DNA of 63,573 nucleotides, filler included, from Stramenopiles sp. TOSAG23-2 (lineage: Eukaryota): NCBI GenBank assembly GCA_900128395.1. It is 12 parts of 12 records of this genome, joined end to end, with 100 filler letters (N's around TTAATTAATTAA, not from the genome) between each part and the next. Parts side by side here need not be neighbours in the genome. Positions count along the whole stretch, not along the records: positions 39,671 to 45,230 come from LT650641.1; positions 45,331 to 50,885 come from LT650642.1; positions 50,986 to 56,538 come from LT650643.1; 9 more parts are not named here. One strand, 5' to 3'. Position numbers and translations under genes: made by a program. The notes under the pieces are model-generated. The model saw nothing but the letters and a program-made list of their open reading frames with translations. It was not told the origin of the DNA and searched no databases. The number at the start of each line of letters is the position of its first letter. The stretch's first letter is position 1. Shown here piece by piece: positions 43,289 through 56,067 of the stretch.

Positions 43289-44031
43289 GTTTGATTATCG
43301 TTATGGTTTTTAATTAATAAAATAAATAAATTAAATAATAAATAATTTAAAGTTGTTGTTAATATGTATATATATGTATCTTTCCACTCTACATCATATT
43401 TTCTCATCATCTTCCGTCTTACCTCTAATACATGTAAAATGTTTTTTTTCAAAATGATAAAATAATAGATTTCGTGTCGTCTCTTCTTTATCTTCTGCAT
43501 CTTGTGCTCTTCTTCTTTTGGCTCTTAATTTTCTTCTTCAAGCTGCATTATTTTATGCCTCGGCACGCTATACCTCTGCTAACATGATATTTTAAGGTTT
43601 ATGTGTCATTAGCAGGCAATAACACTACACAACTTAAACTACATGTAATTTACGAGTTCAATCAACTTTATCCCTTCCTTCGTTCGTAAATAGCAACCTC
43701 TTGTGAATTTATTAAAAACAGGCAAATAAATAACGATATGTGCATATATGCATATATATGCATTTTAAATGCGAGCATGGCATTTATCATATAATAATCA
43801 ATAACAAACATATAAATAAACAAAAATATAATAAACATATCAACCATTGGATTCAATTCGATTAGATACGCGCAATATATTATTGAATGTTGACAATCAA
43901 AAGATAAAAATATAAAATAATTTGTGCAATAGATTTATAGATTTTAAATTGTGGAAATTAAATAATAGTAAAGCACTAAACGAAATTAGGTTGAAAATAA
44001 AATAATAATTACTCATCATTTTTAATATATC

Positions 44032-44886
44032 ATGATGCAAGATGATTTTACAAATATTATTTTATTTTATGTAATTGCATTATTTTCCGCAACATATGTT
44101 GGGATCATTGATGAATGCCATGCACAAGCTACTACTACATCAATGTACGATGTCATTCTAGTGACAACAACAACGACGACGCTGGGCAAATTTGTTGGTG
44201 TTCAATTAAAAGATAATGGATATCATTTTGCAAATGCATTGGCAGCTTACGACGGTGCTGGAACTGCGAAAAGTGCTACAGGTGCATGCTTAATGCAGTA
44301 TACTTCGAATTTTGAAGGTGAAATAACACGGGCTCAATTTTATAATGGCGGTCCACAAACCGGTTGTCCAAGTTGGATGGGATGGTGGGGGAATTGTGGT
44401 TATCCATCATTTGGTCACAATGGTGCGTATGCAGCAACATCTGAAGCAAATGGTTGTGCTATGATTTACATCTACCAGAAAACAAAATTTCTCCACCACC
44501 GCCATATGTTCCATATCCGGCATTGCATGCGAGACAATCAGAAATTGATGATTTACCAGCACTGGCCGTCGATGGTTTTTCACTTGGGCAAGATACACAA
44601 GCATTTAGACCTGTGGAATTAGCATAATAACCAATTGGGCAATTTTTGCAGCCAGTCGTTTCAGATGTTGCTCCTGACATTGCTCCATATTTTCCAGCAG
44701 CACAAACATTATTGTCCAAATTTTTGGCTTGGTGATGCTTCGTGTGATGATAATGAGTATACATATAACATCATAAAAGCGGTGCAATTCCCAATGGATA
44801 ATACAGCAAAACCAAATTCCGGATGCAATACTGCAACCTGTGAGTATGATAAAGGTGCTTGTAAAGTTGTAAAGCATCAAAGTTAA
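44032..44886. other. Scrambled Cys-rich surface-protein sequence: signal-peptide ORF (+), CxxC/GxY repeats (-), LNR-like domain (+)
   Basis: The minus strand at ~44460-44712 encodes CAAGKY...CKNCPIGYY...CVSCP...CLACNAGY. The plus strand from ~44710 encodes CPNFWLGDASCD...CNTATCEYDKGAC. Confidence 0.5.
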
Positions 44887-45331
44887 ACCTGAAACTTGAA
44901 TGCTGGAATGATAGATGATAATTTTAAAAAATTTATAATCTTCCTATATATTTTATATTTATTTAGTATAGATAATCATATACTTTTAGTAGTGGTGCAA
45001 TTTAAATTGCAAATAACTTCCTTCTTCTTCTTCTTTTGTTGCAATTATTCTTGCAATCTTCTATTTTTTTTTTATTATTTATTTATTCTAAAAAATTATT
45101 ATCAATCTAAACACTCGACTAAAGCTCTAAACGTCTCTCTCTCCTCAAGTAAAGAAATCGCATCTATAACAACAGGAACAACAAGAATAATAATTAAAAA
45201 ATTACACGACCAAACAAATTAAATCATGTCNNNNNNNNNNNNNNNNNNNNNNNNNNNNNNNNNNNNNNNNNNNNTTAATTAATTAANNNNNNNNNNNNNN
45301 NNNNNNNNNNNNNNNNNNNNNNNNNNNNNNC

Positions 45332-45341
45332 GGTAATAATA

Positions 45342-45377
<36 letters not shown>

Positions 45378-47692
45378 CTAAGAGGAGTGGTAACCAATAT
45401 GGCAAATCTAAGAAAAAAAAGGGTAACACAAAAAAGTCAAAGAAAAAAATTGCAAAAAAAACAAACACAGCTCCAGCAAAACGTGTAAAAAGAAAAGCAG
45501 CAGAAAAGGAAAAAGGAAGTTATAGAGAATTAGAGGATGATGGATTTATTGTCGATAGCGACGAGGAATTAGAGGAAGAGATATTATCAGAAGAAGACTT
45601 TCTATCAGATCGTTCAACATCAGGGGATGAAGATGAAATGTCATCTATCGCTTCATTATCCGATGAAGATGACGATTATGATGAAGACGAAAAGAAAGAG
45701 GAGCAAGAAGATATTGCTGCGAAAAAACTTGTAAAAGAATGTGCAGCAAGTGCACAAAAAATTCGTGAGTCAATTACAAAATTAATGAATGAACGAAATG
45801 CATATCGTCAAAGTGTTGATAGTAGAAATAATAATAATAACTTTGGTAGCAATGGCAGTAGTAGTAATAACAGCAGTAGCAGCAGCAGTAGTATCGCCAC
45901 AATCACTACAACGACGACCACAAGCACAACAAACACTGCTGCATATATGAACTATAAAAAAAGTTTGAAAAGCACTAGTATGTGGGTCAATGCAACAGAA
46001 GCGCATGCACTCTTTGATTATAAATTGAAACTAAAAGATTATCAATTGACCGGATTAAATTGGTTAATCCAATTACGCGCAAATGGTATAAATGGAATTT
46101 TAGCTGATGAGATGGGTTTAGGTAAAACGGTACAAGCACTCGCAGTTATACAGTATTTGCATCGAATGAAGCAAAATCGTGGTCCTCATTTGATTATTAT
46201 CCCAGCGAGTACAAAGGATAATTGGTCACGAGAAATAAGTCGTTGGACACCTGGATTAAATGGAAAGATATATTATGGTACTCAAGCGGAACGTGCAGAA
46301 TTTCGTAGGAGAGAGATAAAATCAGACATAGACGTTATGCTCTGTACATACAGTGTTTTTGAAAGAGAAACAAATGTTGAAGATCGGACATATTTAAAAC
46401 GATTTCACTTTGAATATGTTATTTGTGATGAAGGGCATAGCTTGAAAAATGTTGACAGTGCAAGATTTAAAAATATAAATGCTCTAAATACAAATTGCCG
46501 TTTGATACTTAGTGGTACACCTGTTCAAAACAATATGCGAGAATTGCTAGGATTGATATCATTTGCGATGCCAAAAATGTTTAATAATAAATCAGGAAGG
46601 AAAAAGACAGAATTGTTTGTATCATATTTTGAACGAAAATATAATAATGGAAAAGCAAAGTCTGCAGATTCAGTGATTAAACAAGTTCGTACCATTATTG
46701 ATCCTTTCATATTACGTCGCTTGAAAGATGAGGTATTATCAGAAATTCCGAAAAAAACTGAAGTTACAGTAAAATTGGACTTGGAAGAGGATCACAAAGA
46801 TGCGTATAATTGGACCTTGAAACAAATCAAATTACAAAAAGAAGGTAAAATTCAAATTACTATTGCACATTTATTTTCAGAATTACGCAAAGCAGCAAAT
46901 CATCCCATTTTGTTACAGCGTCTTTTCAATGATAAATTAGATATAATATCTAAAATATCATGGGAGAGGCAAATTTTTGGAGCAGAGTGTACTCAACAAG
47001 CAGTGAAAGATTACTTAAAGAAAGATTATAATGATTATGATATCAATGGCTTATGTTTGGAGTTCAAAGATCGCAATGAAATATTAAAATCATTTTGTCT
47101 TAACCGTTCATATATTTTAAATTCTGCAAAATTTAAATGGTTAAAAAGTAACTTGCCACCACTTATAAATAACGGACATCGTATTTTATTATTTAGTCAA
47201 TGGACATCCATCATGGATGTCATGGAAGAATTGCTGCAAGAACTTGGTTATATGTATCTAAGACTAGATGGCCAAACAAATGTTCAGGAGCGACAAGAGA
47301 TAATTGATACATTCAATACGCAGGGAAGCATTTACAAAATTTTCATACTGAGTACAAGGGCGGGTGGCTTAGGCATAAATTTAACCTCTGCAGATACGGT
47401 TATATTGCATGATATTGATTTTAATCCTCAAATCGACCGTCAAGCAGTCGATCGTGTGCATCGAATTGGACAATTAAAGCCCGTTCAAGTCTTTCGTTTA
47501 ATCTGCAAAGGAACCGTCGATGAGAAAATTTTAGAGTTAGCAGATGGAAAGTATGTGCTTGACCAGAGTTTACTGAGTGATGTGAAAAAGTCTACACCTG
47601 GAAAGAAAAGAAAAGGTAAGCGCAATGGCACCGCAAGTAATAAAACAATGAAACAATTATTAGACGAAGCGCTTGTTAGGGGAGAATTGTAA
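45332..47692 (+). CDS. SMARCAD1: SNF2-family chromatin remodeller, SMARCAD1/Fun30-like (5' truncated; frame open from the contig start)
   Basis: LKDYQ..GLNWL, ILADEMGLGKT, DEGH, SGTPVQNN, LRKAANHP.L, LLFSQWT, STRAGGLGINLT and QAVDRVHRIGQ. Confidence 0.85.
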
Positions 47693-47842
47693 AAAACTAC
47701 GAAGATTCGTATTTTTGAGTGTTTTTAAAAAATATGTATGCATACGAGTACGTCGTAAGAACGACAATCATATACAAAAAATACGCGCGTATTTTTTAAG
47801 ACACACACGTACAATATCACAAGTACACACGAACTTTGTTCC

Positions 47843-50800
47843 TTAAATAAATGAAGATCCACTACTGCTTTTACTGTTACCATTTGACATCACCGACCCA
47901 ACGCCGTTACTACTACTCGTACCTTTCATGCGGGATGTCAACTCATGTATCATCTGCTTTTGATTATCATTTTGTGCTTTTAACATTTTAAAGCGTTTGA
48001 CTACTTCCCCTAATTTAAATTTCAAAGATTGCTGTTCCTTGTCATAATCGCTTTGCATTTCTCCTAATATTTGACGATGCGTTGCATGTGCATTTTCCAA
48101 TTCTTGTTTTGTCAATTTTAATTGATTATTTAAAGCATCATTAGCTTTCTCCAAGCTTTTTAATCGTGTATCTAGGTCAGAATTGTCTTTCTTCGTACTT
48201 GTTGTTGCTGTAGAATTAGCTTGAACTTCCTCAATCTGCTTTTCATAAGTTTCTTTTTGACTTTGGTTATGTGCTTGAAGTTCTTTATATGCGTCTTCCC
48301 AGCTTTGTAAATCTGCAAATGCTTGTTCCAACTGCACCGTCGCTTGCTGATGTTGTGCCTGAAGTTTCATAAAATCAGAATTATTACTACCAGAAGTTGT
48401 TAATTGTTGCGTATTTAAATCTTGAATTTGTTTTTCGTATGCTTGTTTCATGGCGGAAATTTCTTCCATATGTTTTTTTTCTAAGTCTGCTAGTTGTTGA
48501 GAACTGACCACATTGCTGCCACCGCTACTAAATGATTGTTGCTGTTCATACTGTTGACGGATTGCTTCGATCTCTTTCGCTTGTTTAGCTTTTAACTCTG
48601 TAATTTCCGCTTGTGCTGCAGCGCGTGCTTTTGCGAAGATTTGTTGTGTTGATGGCCTATTACTGTTACTATTGTTCGCAGTTTCCTGAGTTGGTGGTAA
48701 TTGTAAGTTCGGTGGAGGTTCTTGCCCAGGTATAGTTGGACCATTAGGATTTGCACCAATTGAATTGGCTATTACAGGAGGTTGAAATGGTTCATCTGAA
48801 GCTGTCATATCCCCAACCAATTCAACATAAAGAGCTATTAAACCTACACAAAAAAGTGACGCAACAAAAATAACAGTACATGCAATTATAAGATTATTCG
48901 ATGCAGTAATACGACAACCAGCCAAATTGCCATGTATACACACATCCGCCAATGCTAATGTTGTCTGTTCATTCAAAAATGATTGCAAGGAATAACACAT
49001 AGGAGCACTTGGGGACGTGGCATCCAGAGTAGCACATGCACCATTCACAGCACATGATAGCATAAATGCTACCAATGTATAATATGTAAAATTTGGTAAT
49101 TGCGAAACCAGTACAAAAGAAACTAGACTCATCAAACATAACATACCAATCGCAATTGCTGGATTGTTGTCTGCACTTTGTTCGAGACATTGCATCCAAT
49201 CAACTTCTTTTCCACACATAGTTTGTACCACATAATTAGGAGACCCAGTAATACTTTCAATTGAACCAGGAACAAATAATAATAATGACGCGAGTACAAT
49301 GAATAAAATCCAAAAGAAAGCAATGGACATAATTGAACACCCATTTGGATATGCTTTTCCTAGTGGAATGATGGAATAAATGCACACGATAATTAAACCT
49401 AATGTACCATATGAGTACATTGTGATACCAGCAGCAAGTTTATTCGCAGCATCATCACCGCTACCCAATAAACCACGAACATCAGTATCTCCTTCTTTTT
49501 GACTACCACTACTAGCGGTTACTTGCTTTTTTAATTCCGCCATTTCCAATCGATGCCTTTCAACAATCTCGTCATGTATTCTGTTGTCTTCAATTAATTT
49601 TGCGTTTAATCGTGCTAACTGATCTTTCATCTCTTCAACTGTTGAATTGCTTTGGATATCAGCTGCAGCTCCCGTCGCCGCCAATCCAAGAGGATTTCCC
49701 GCTTCTTCACCAAGTAACAGCGGATCAGTGACTACATCCGTACCAGATGATATTTCCCCGGAACTACTAGATGGATCAGAAGGCTTGGTTGTTGCATCTA
49801 ATGCAGCGTGGCAACTTTTTAAATCAGCCGTACAAGTTTCCATCGTTTTGATAGTTTCTGGAGGACAATTACCATTATCGTTACTCATTATTTTCAGTGC
49901 TTGCTCTTCTATTTTGCTATTAGCATTATCCAAATCTTGTTTGCATTTTTCAAAACTACTATTTTCAGCTTCATCTTTATTATTCTCATTTGCATTATCA
50001 CCATTGTCATTAGATTTTAACTGTGCTAATTCCCCTTTGACCTGTACAAGTTGACTGTGGCAATCCATATCGACACCAGCTTCAAATTCTTTAATCTTCA
50101 TGTCTTTTTCTTCAATAGTGCCCATTGCAACAGCAAGATCATTTTGACATTGATCACCCCCATTGGTAGCAATAGCTGTGTTTGATTCTTTCGATTCTTT
50201 CAAAGCTTGATTTGCATCTCTTAAATCTGCAAGGCAATTATCTCTAGCATCCGTCAGACTTTTGACAAAATTCTGCTTTTCTTCGTCAGTACTCAAAGCA
50301 GCTAGTTGTTCTACCTCTGGTGAAACAACTGCATGTTCATCAATGACTGCTTTGGCTATGGTTAAATCAGCATCACATGCATCCATTTCTTTTTTCAATT
50401 TGTCGAAATCGCTTTGTAATTGCGAACATTTATTAAATGATGCATCATCTGTTAATTTTATTTCACCGTTTTCATTATCATGATTGTCTTTATTTTCACC
50501 ACCATCGCTTCCTGTGCTAGCTGTCGCAGAATCACCATTCGCATCGACTTCTACTACACTTTGTTTTGCCAGCATTAATGCCTGCGCATGATCCTCTTGC
50601 ATTTGTATAATAGACGAATCAAATTTTAATTGTTTCTCATCGATTTCCTTTTGCAAACGATTAATAGTCGCTTTATCTTCTTCATTGTTACATTCCGATG
50701 GTGGTGGAACAGATGCGGCCTTTCCCACGCATTCAGTATGTTTCTCCTTTAATTCTTGAACTTGCAAGCCAAGATCAACATTTTTTTCTTGGTTGCTCGT

Positions 50801-50885
50801 GTTTTCTAACGTTAGCTCTTCCAGTGCTTTCGCACTTTTTTCATTGCTCACATTACATTCAGACAATAATTTATCTTTTTCTTCA
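47843..50885 (-). CDS. Large coiled-coil protein with a central multi-pass membrane region (5' truncated)
   Basis: Heptad-rich N- and C-terminal parts flank about 5 hydrophobic helices; the N-terminal coils contain periodic Cys. Confidence 0.75.
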
Positions 50886-50985
50886 NNNNNNNNNNNNNNN
50901 NNNNNNNNNNNNNNNNNNNNNNNNNNNNNTTAATTAATTAANNNNNNNNNNNNNNNNNNNNNNNNNNNNNNNNNNNNNNNNNNNN

Positions 50986-51072
50986 CATATTACTTAACAC
51001 GAGAAGTGTAAAATTATTATAACTTAGATTTTAACCATCAAAATAAATTATTATAACTTAGATTTTAACCAA
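50986..51072. repeat. Dispersed ~80-bp repeat, copy 3 (partial, end duplicated)
   Basis: AAATTATTATAACTTAGATTTTAACCA occurs twice, at the contig start. Confidence 0.75.
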
Positions 51073-51148
51073 TATTTATAAAAAAGAATATTCGGCGTGA
51101 TACACAATCGTCTCTTCTTTTCTCTCTTTTTCAATTTCTCATGTATTT

Positions 51149-53245
51149 TTACAATTTCTTCTTTTTTATGCATATATTGCCTTGATCTTTTGTATTCTTT
51201 TGATTCTTAAAATTAAATATAAAAGATAAAAATGATGATAATATGGTCTTTTTTTCCTTTGAAAAATGCCCTCCTGGTAAAATTCCTATTTCATCTTCAT
51301 CGTCAGCAATAATAATAGCTTCATCAATATGTCCAATTGATGATGCTCTGCCTGTTAATTGATAATTTTCTAAAAATCGATTGAAAACATTCATATTATT
51401 ATGACTTTTTACATCATGCGTTGGTAAAGATTCTTTTCTTTCTTTACTACGCGGAGTAAGTTGGCGTTTTAATCTCGGCGGTTTTAAATTATTATTATTA
51501 CTAATTTTACTATTAAATGATGACAAAGAAGATGTTATTTTTCCTTTATTATTATTATTCCCATATCCCAAATCATCTACATCCCCAGAGTAACCAAGTA
51601 CGGAAGAGGCATCTACAATACTTCGAATATGACTTAGTTCACCTTTTGTTTGTGTAGCTACACCTACTAATTCCCCTTCCGGATTCACAACAGCGCCACC
51701 ACTACATCCATTTGGCATAGGTTGGGCTGTTAGTAGCCAAGAACCACCGGAATTATCTTGACGATGCCCGGTGAAATAATCTGTAATTACGCTTAAACCA
51801 TGACCTCCAACACCAGGATATCCAAGCAAACGCAATTTATGGTATCCTTTCTCTAAATTCTCCGTACGTCCAAATGCAAATCCATTCAACCTCCATTTAT
51901 AGAGTTTCTTTTTAAAGGATGCTCGTTGTACATTTGCTGGTTCATCTTTATTTTCAATGGTTAAATTATCATATGCCATTTTTGTGCTATCCTGTTCGCG
52001 CATGCCATGAAACCGTACAAAATTAGATAAATTTAAATATACCAAATCCAACCCATTGCCATTCGGTGTGTATTCCGATGCCGGGCTAGACCTACTAATA
52101 TCTGGGTTCTCAGCAATAAATTGCCATCGTGGTCGGCCATGTAAACTATCCCTCGCTGTACCAATTACAATTTTTTTTGAAGCGTCGTTGAGAAGCGAAT
52201 AAGATAAGTGTGCACCGTCTGAAAAATTACGTCGATGTTTCAATAAATCATTGTTTGCATGTTGGTTTTTATAATATTCCATTTCCTCATCGCTACGTGC
52301 TGTTACATATTGGCGAAACAAATGCCAATTTGTTAACACTCCTAGCTGACCAGAAACATCTTTCACTAAACAGCCAGATCCACATCTTGCAACAATATTC
52401 TGTTCTGGCAATAAAATTCCAATGCAAACCGTCGATTCAATTCCTAACCGCCAACGGAATATTCTTTGTCGTCTTGATCTATACCATAATAGGATTAAAA
52501 AAATCGATATGGTTATGATGATGCCAATTACGTAATACAAAAAAACATTAAATTGCTTTGAATCCAAATGAGCATTGAATATAGGATCACGAAAACCAAA
52601 ACGATAACCATCCCATAATGTTGCTCTTAAATCAAGGCTATCGAAATTTAATAAATCATCATCAATCAATGCAACTTGCAATTTTTTCAACGTGGTAAGA
52701 CATGATGCAAATTTATTGGAGATACTAACCATATTTTTTAAGATTCGGAAAAACCCGTAATTTAAACAGAACAATATACCAAAGGACCAGGTAAAGCCAA
52801 ATGCAGCAAAAGAAATTTGTTTCCGAGATGCACCATAGGGTGTCCTTGTCTCTTGATAGACAAAATATACAAAAATAAAAGCAAAAAAAGCTATTGCAAA
52901 CAAGTTGGATGCTAAATATATATATAAAACGCTATGCAAACATACTTCACCAATATCATCGTCATGAAATTCGGTTTCTACAGATACAACCAACTTTTTA
53001 AATTCACGATGCCATGTAGTTCTACTCTCTCTAAACAACTGCAAGTTTTTAGTAGTTATAATATTGGGAGTTCGAGTTTTAAAATCAACTAATTTTTTTT
53101 CCCAATGTACAATTCTTGTATCCATTTTTGCATAGCATGAGCCAAACATAGAACCGCGTTGAATTAATAGAAAAACAATTACCCATGATGAAATAATAAC
53201 AATCGACTCCAATGAAATCACTGCTTTTTTTTTCTGTTTCAACAT
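51149..53245 (-). CDS. Multi-pass membrane protein with a C-terminal trypsin-like serine peptidase domain
   Basis: About four TM segments, then GSG...VLTNWH (His), GLDLV (Asp), LGYP and PNGCSGGAVVN..GELVGV (Ser). Confidence 0.75.
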   Translation of the reverse strand: MLKQKKKAVISLESIVIISSWVIVFLLIQRGSMFGSCYAKMDTRIVHWEKKLVDFKTRTPNIITTKNLQLFRESRTTWHREFKKLVVSVETEFHDDDIGEVCLHSVLYIYLASNLFAIAFFAFIFVYFVYQETRTPYGASRKQISFAAFGFTWSFGILFCLNYGFFRILKNMVSISNKFASCLTTLKKLQVALIDDDLLNFDSLDLRATLWDGYRFGFRDPIFNAHLDSKQFNVFLYYVIGIIITISIFLILLWYRSRRQRIFRWRLGIESTVCIGILLPEQNIVARCGSGCLVKDVSGQLGVLTNWHLFRQYVTARSDEEMEYYKNQHANNDLLKHRRNFSDGAHLSYSLLNDASKKIVIGTARDSLHGRPRWQFIAENPDISRSSPASEYTPNGNGLDLVYLNLSNFVRFHGMREQDSTKMAYDNLTIENKDEPANVQRASFKKKLYKWRLNGFAFGRTENLEKGYHKLRLLGYPGVGGHGLSVITDYFTGHRQDNSGGSWLLTAQPMPNGCSGGAVVNPEGELVGVATQTKGELSHIRSIVDASSVLGYSGDVDDLGYGNNNNKGKITSSLSSFNSKISNNNNLKPPRLKRQLTPRSKERKESLPTHDVKSHNNMNVFNRFLENYQLTGRASSIGHIDEAIIIADDEDEIGILPGGHFSKEKKTILSSFLSFIFNFKNQKNTKDQGNICIKKKKL

Positions 53246-54120
53246 ATATATATTCGTAGTTTTTAAATTTTCAAACGTAAATTATCACCTAAACTTCTTA
53301 TAACTTCAAATAAAATAATTATTAATAAAATTGATAATAATAATAATTTTTATATATCATATATATATACATATATTCAAATAACGTATTTATGTAGTAT
53401 ATATTATACTCTTCGTCAATGTTTGTATTTATAACATATATAACAATGAAAGATAATAATACGATGTAATAATGATGATTTTTTATTATTTATATTATTA
53501 TAATTAGAATAATGCCATTTATTTATTTATCGATGATATATATTATCGATATCAGGTATATACGTATCATTTATTATTATTATTACAACAACAAGTATTA
53601 TTATTATTACTGTACTGCACTTACACTATACCTGGTACTAATAATAATAATTGAAATAATATTAAGAATATTTATATAGTTCTAATAGTACCTTGTGTTA
53701 TAATGTTATAATTGTATTATAGTGCTATAATAATTTAAATTCATTTATAAAATAACACAAGCTACTATATTGCTTTACTAACAATAATACCACTGCTCGT
53801 AAACGTGCATACGACGTCAATCAAAATATCACTATACTAATAAGTACAAAATGTCAATCACAAAAAAACGCAGCAAAAAAAAAACTATGGTTGTTGCGAA
53901 GCTGCTTACTACCAGCTACCAGCTTTTAACCTGAAAAAAAAACAAAAACAAAAAAACTTGAATTTACACTTATTATATTATTATAGTGCTTAGGTAATAA
54001 TGTACTTCTTATACTGTATTATTGGTAATCCAGTAATGTATAGTATATACTGTATAACACAACACACACATAAACACACACATAAACACAAACAGAAAAT
54101 CCAAGAAAAAAAGTTATAAA

Positions 54121-56067
54121 ATGGCATATCATTATACAAAATTCTTACTAAAATACGAACAACAATGCTTACCCGCGATAAATTATATAGTGGAAAATAA
54201 GATTAAATTACCCGTCTTAGCTGGGAGCAATCTAAATCTTAAAGGTTTGGTAAAATATCATTCCGCGTTTATGACTTTTGCAAAACAACACCCCACATTA
54301 GATGAAAATCAAGTAATATTTGATTTGTTCTTTAAAGGTTTGGGCCCAAAGTTTTGGGAAGCACTCGAAGAGAATTATTTTAAAAATATGTTAAACATGC
54401 AAAATATTATTGCAGCATGCGCATTAGCACTCAAACAGAATCCGTATCTCTTAATATATATGGAATGGCCTAGCTACTGTTTCCAAAGATATTACGACAA
54501 ATTCATTATGTGTCAACATAAGTGCAAAACAACACAAATGGACATCCCCGTGAAAAGCTTTATTGATGGCATAGATAGGAATAGGCCCTACCGTAATCCA
54601 AAACTTGTGAAAGCACTCACTGACGTATACCAAAGTGGTACATTAACAATGGAAAATGCTGTAGAGAAATGCAGAGAAATAATCGACGAGGATCCGTGTA
54701 TCTTGCAATACTACTATAGTTGGAATGATACATTGCAATCATATACGGAAAGGTTCCTTCAACATCAAAGGAAGTCGGGAAAAAGTATGAACGAGATCTG
54801 TAGAAGTTATATTGATGGTTTTCAGCCTGCGGAAGAGATGTTTCATGCTAGATTGGTTAAAAAATTTCCTCCTGGTGCAAACATTGCATCACTGAATATC
54901 ATTGAAAAGTCGATACTGGAAATAATAGGAAACAACAAAGATTTATTTGAATTGTGCAAATTTGATACAGAAAATTTTTCTATATCAAAGTGTCAGTCTG
55001 AAACAACAACAACAAAGCCGACTGTCGCCCTTGATTGTTTTCACGGTTCAAGATGTTTGGCATGTGCTGCTAAAGGTGATATTCAATCACTAAGCGAATA
55101 TTATGATATTAATGAAACTGAATTAAATGAAAAAGTTCTTAATGCTTTGCAATGTAGTAAAAATGTATCAACCGGCGATGCAAAAGGTGCTACAAGTCAA
55201 CGATCGAAGGAAGTGGAACCATGTTCAAGAGGAAAAAAACAATCAGCACTGGTTTTAAATTCTAAAAAAATTGATACTAATGATAATATTGTAATGTCAG
55301 TAGTAAATGGTACAAATGGTAAAGAACGTAACATTGTTACTAATGATAATATTATTAATGGCAGTAAAAGTAAAACAAATACAAATGCTAAATCTAGTTT
55401 TAGCAGTGATACCAATGAAAATTCAGATGATGATAATAGTAGTAACACGAATGATGCAAAAATTGCTACAAGTCAACGATCGAAATGTGAGTCTAAACAC
55501 AATTCAGTTTCACCAGAGAAGAAAAATATTGTGATGAAAAAACAAATTTCCGACAAAGGAAAGTCAAGACAGAAGCGCAAAACTGCTAAAGGTAATATTA
55601 ATGAAACTGAATTAAATGAAGAAGTTCCTAATGCTTTGCAATGTAGTAAAAATGTATCAACCGGCGATGCAAAAGGTGCTAATACAAATGCTAAATCTAG
55701 TTTTATGAAAACATGTTTAAAAAAAAAAAGTGAGGCAAAAAGCATGCAAGAGATTAGTGGAAATGCTAAAAAGAAACGTAAACATGTGGTGAAGCCACTG
55801 CCACAATTGTTTATTGATGAAGAGGAAAAAATATATGCAATGCTGGCAACACGAGATACAGGAAATTATGTAAAAAAAAAAATATTTTTTGAAGATTTTT
55901 CAAGAGATTTGTATAATGGCATTTTACGGAGGGTTCATGGAATAGGGAAAAAATGGAGCAAGGATGATAGACTGGAGGTAAAAGGTAGATTATTAGCTGC
56001 CAACAATTATGCCAAGGTAAAAGCACTAGCTATAAAGGCCACAGAAAGAGATGTACAAAAAGTATGA
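54121..56067 (+). CDS. Hypothetical protein with internal duplications
   Basis: 648-aa ORF. INETELNE.V.NALQCSKNVSTGDAKGA occurs twice (~55106-55191 and ~55596-55680). Confidence 0.65.
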   Translation: MAYHYTKFLLKYEQQCLPAINYIVENKIKLPVLAGSNLNLKGLVKYHSAFMTFAKQHPTLDENQVIFDLFFKGLGPKFWEALEENYFKNMLNMQNIIAACALALKQNPYLLIYMEWPSYCFQRYYDKFIMCQHKCKTTQMDIPVKSFIDGIDRNRPYRNPKLVKALTDVYQSGTLTMENAVEKCREIIDEDPCILQYYYSWNDTLQSYTERFLQHQRKSGKSMNEICRSYIDGFQPAEEMFHARLVKKFPPGANIASLNIIEKSILEIIGNNKDLFELCKFDTENFSISKCQSETTTTKPTVALDCFHGSRCLACAAKGDIQSLSEYYDINETELNEKVLNALQCSKNVSTGDAKGATSQRSKEVEPCSRGKKQSALVLNSKKIDTNDNIVMSVVNGTNGKERNIVTNDNIINGSKSKTNTNAKSSFSSDTNENSDDDNSSNTNDAKIATSQRSKCESKHNSVSPEKKNIVMKKQISDKGKSRQKRKTAKGNINETELNEEVPNALQCSKNVSTGDAKGANTNAKSSFMKTCLKKKSEAKSMQEISGNAKKKRKHVVKPLPQLFIDEEEKIYAMLATRDTGNYVKKKIFFEDFSRDLYNGILRRVHGIGKKWSKDDRLEVKGRLLAANNYAKVKALAIKATERDVQKV

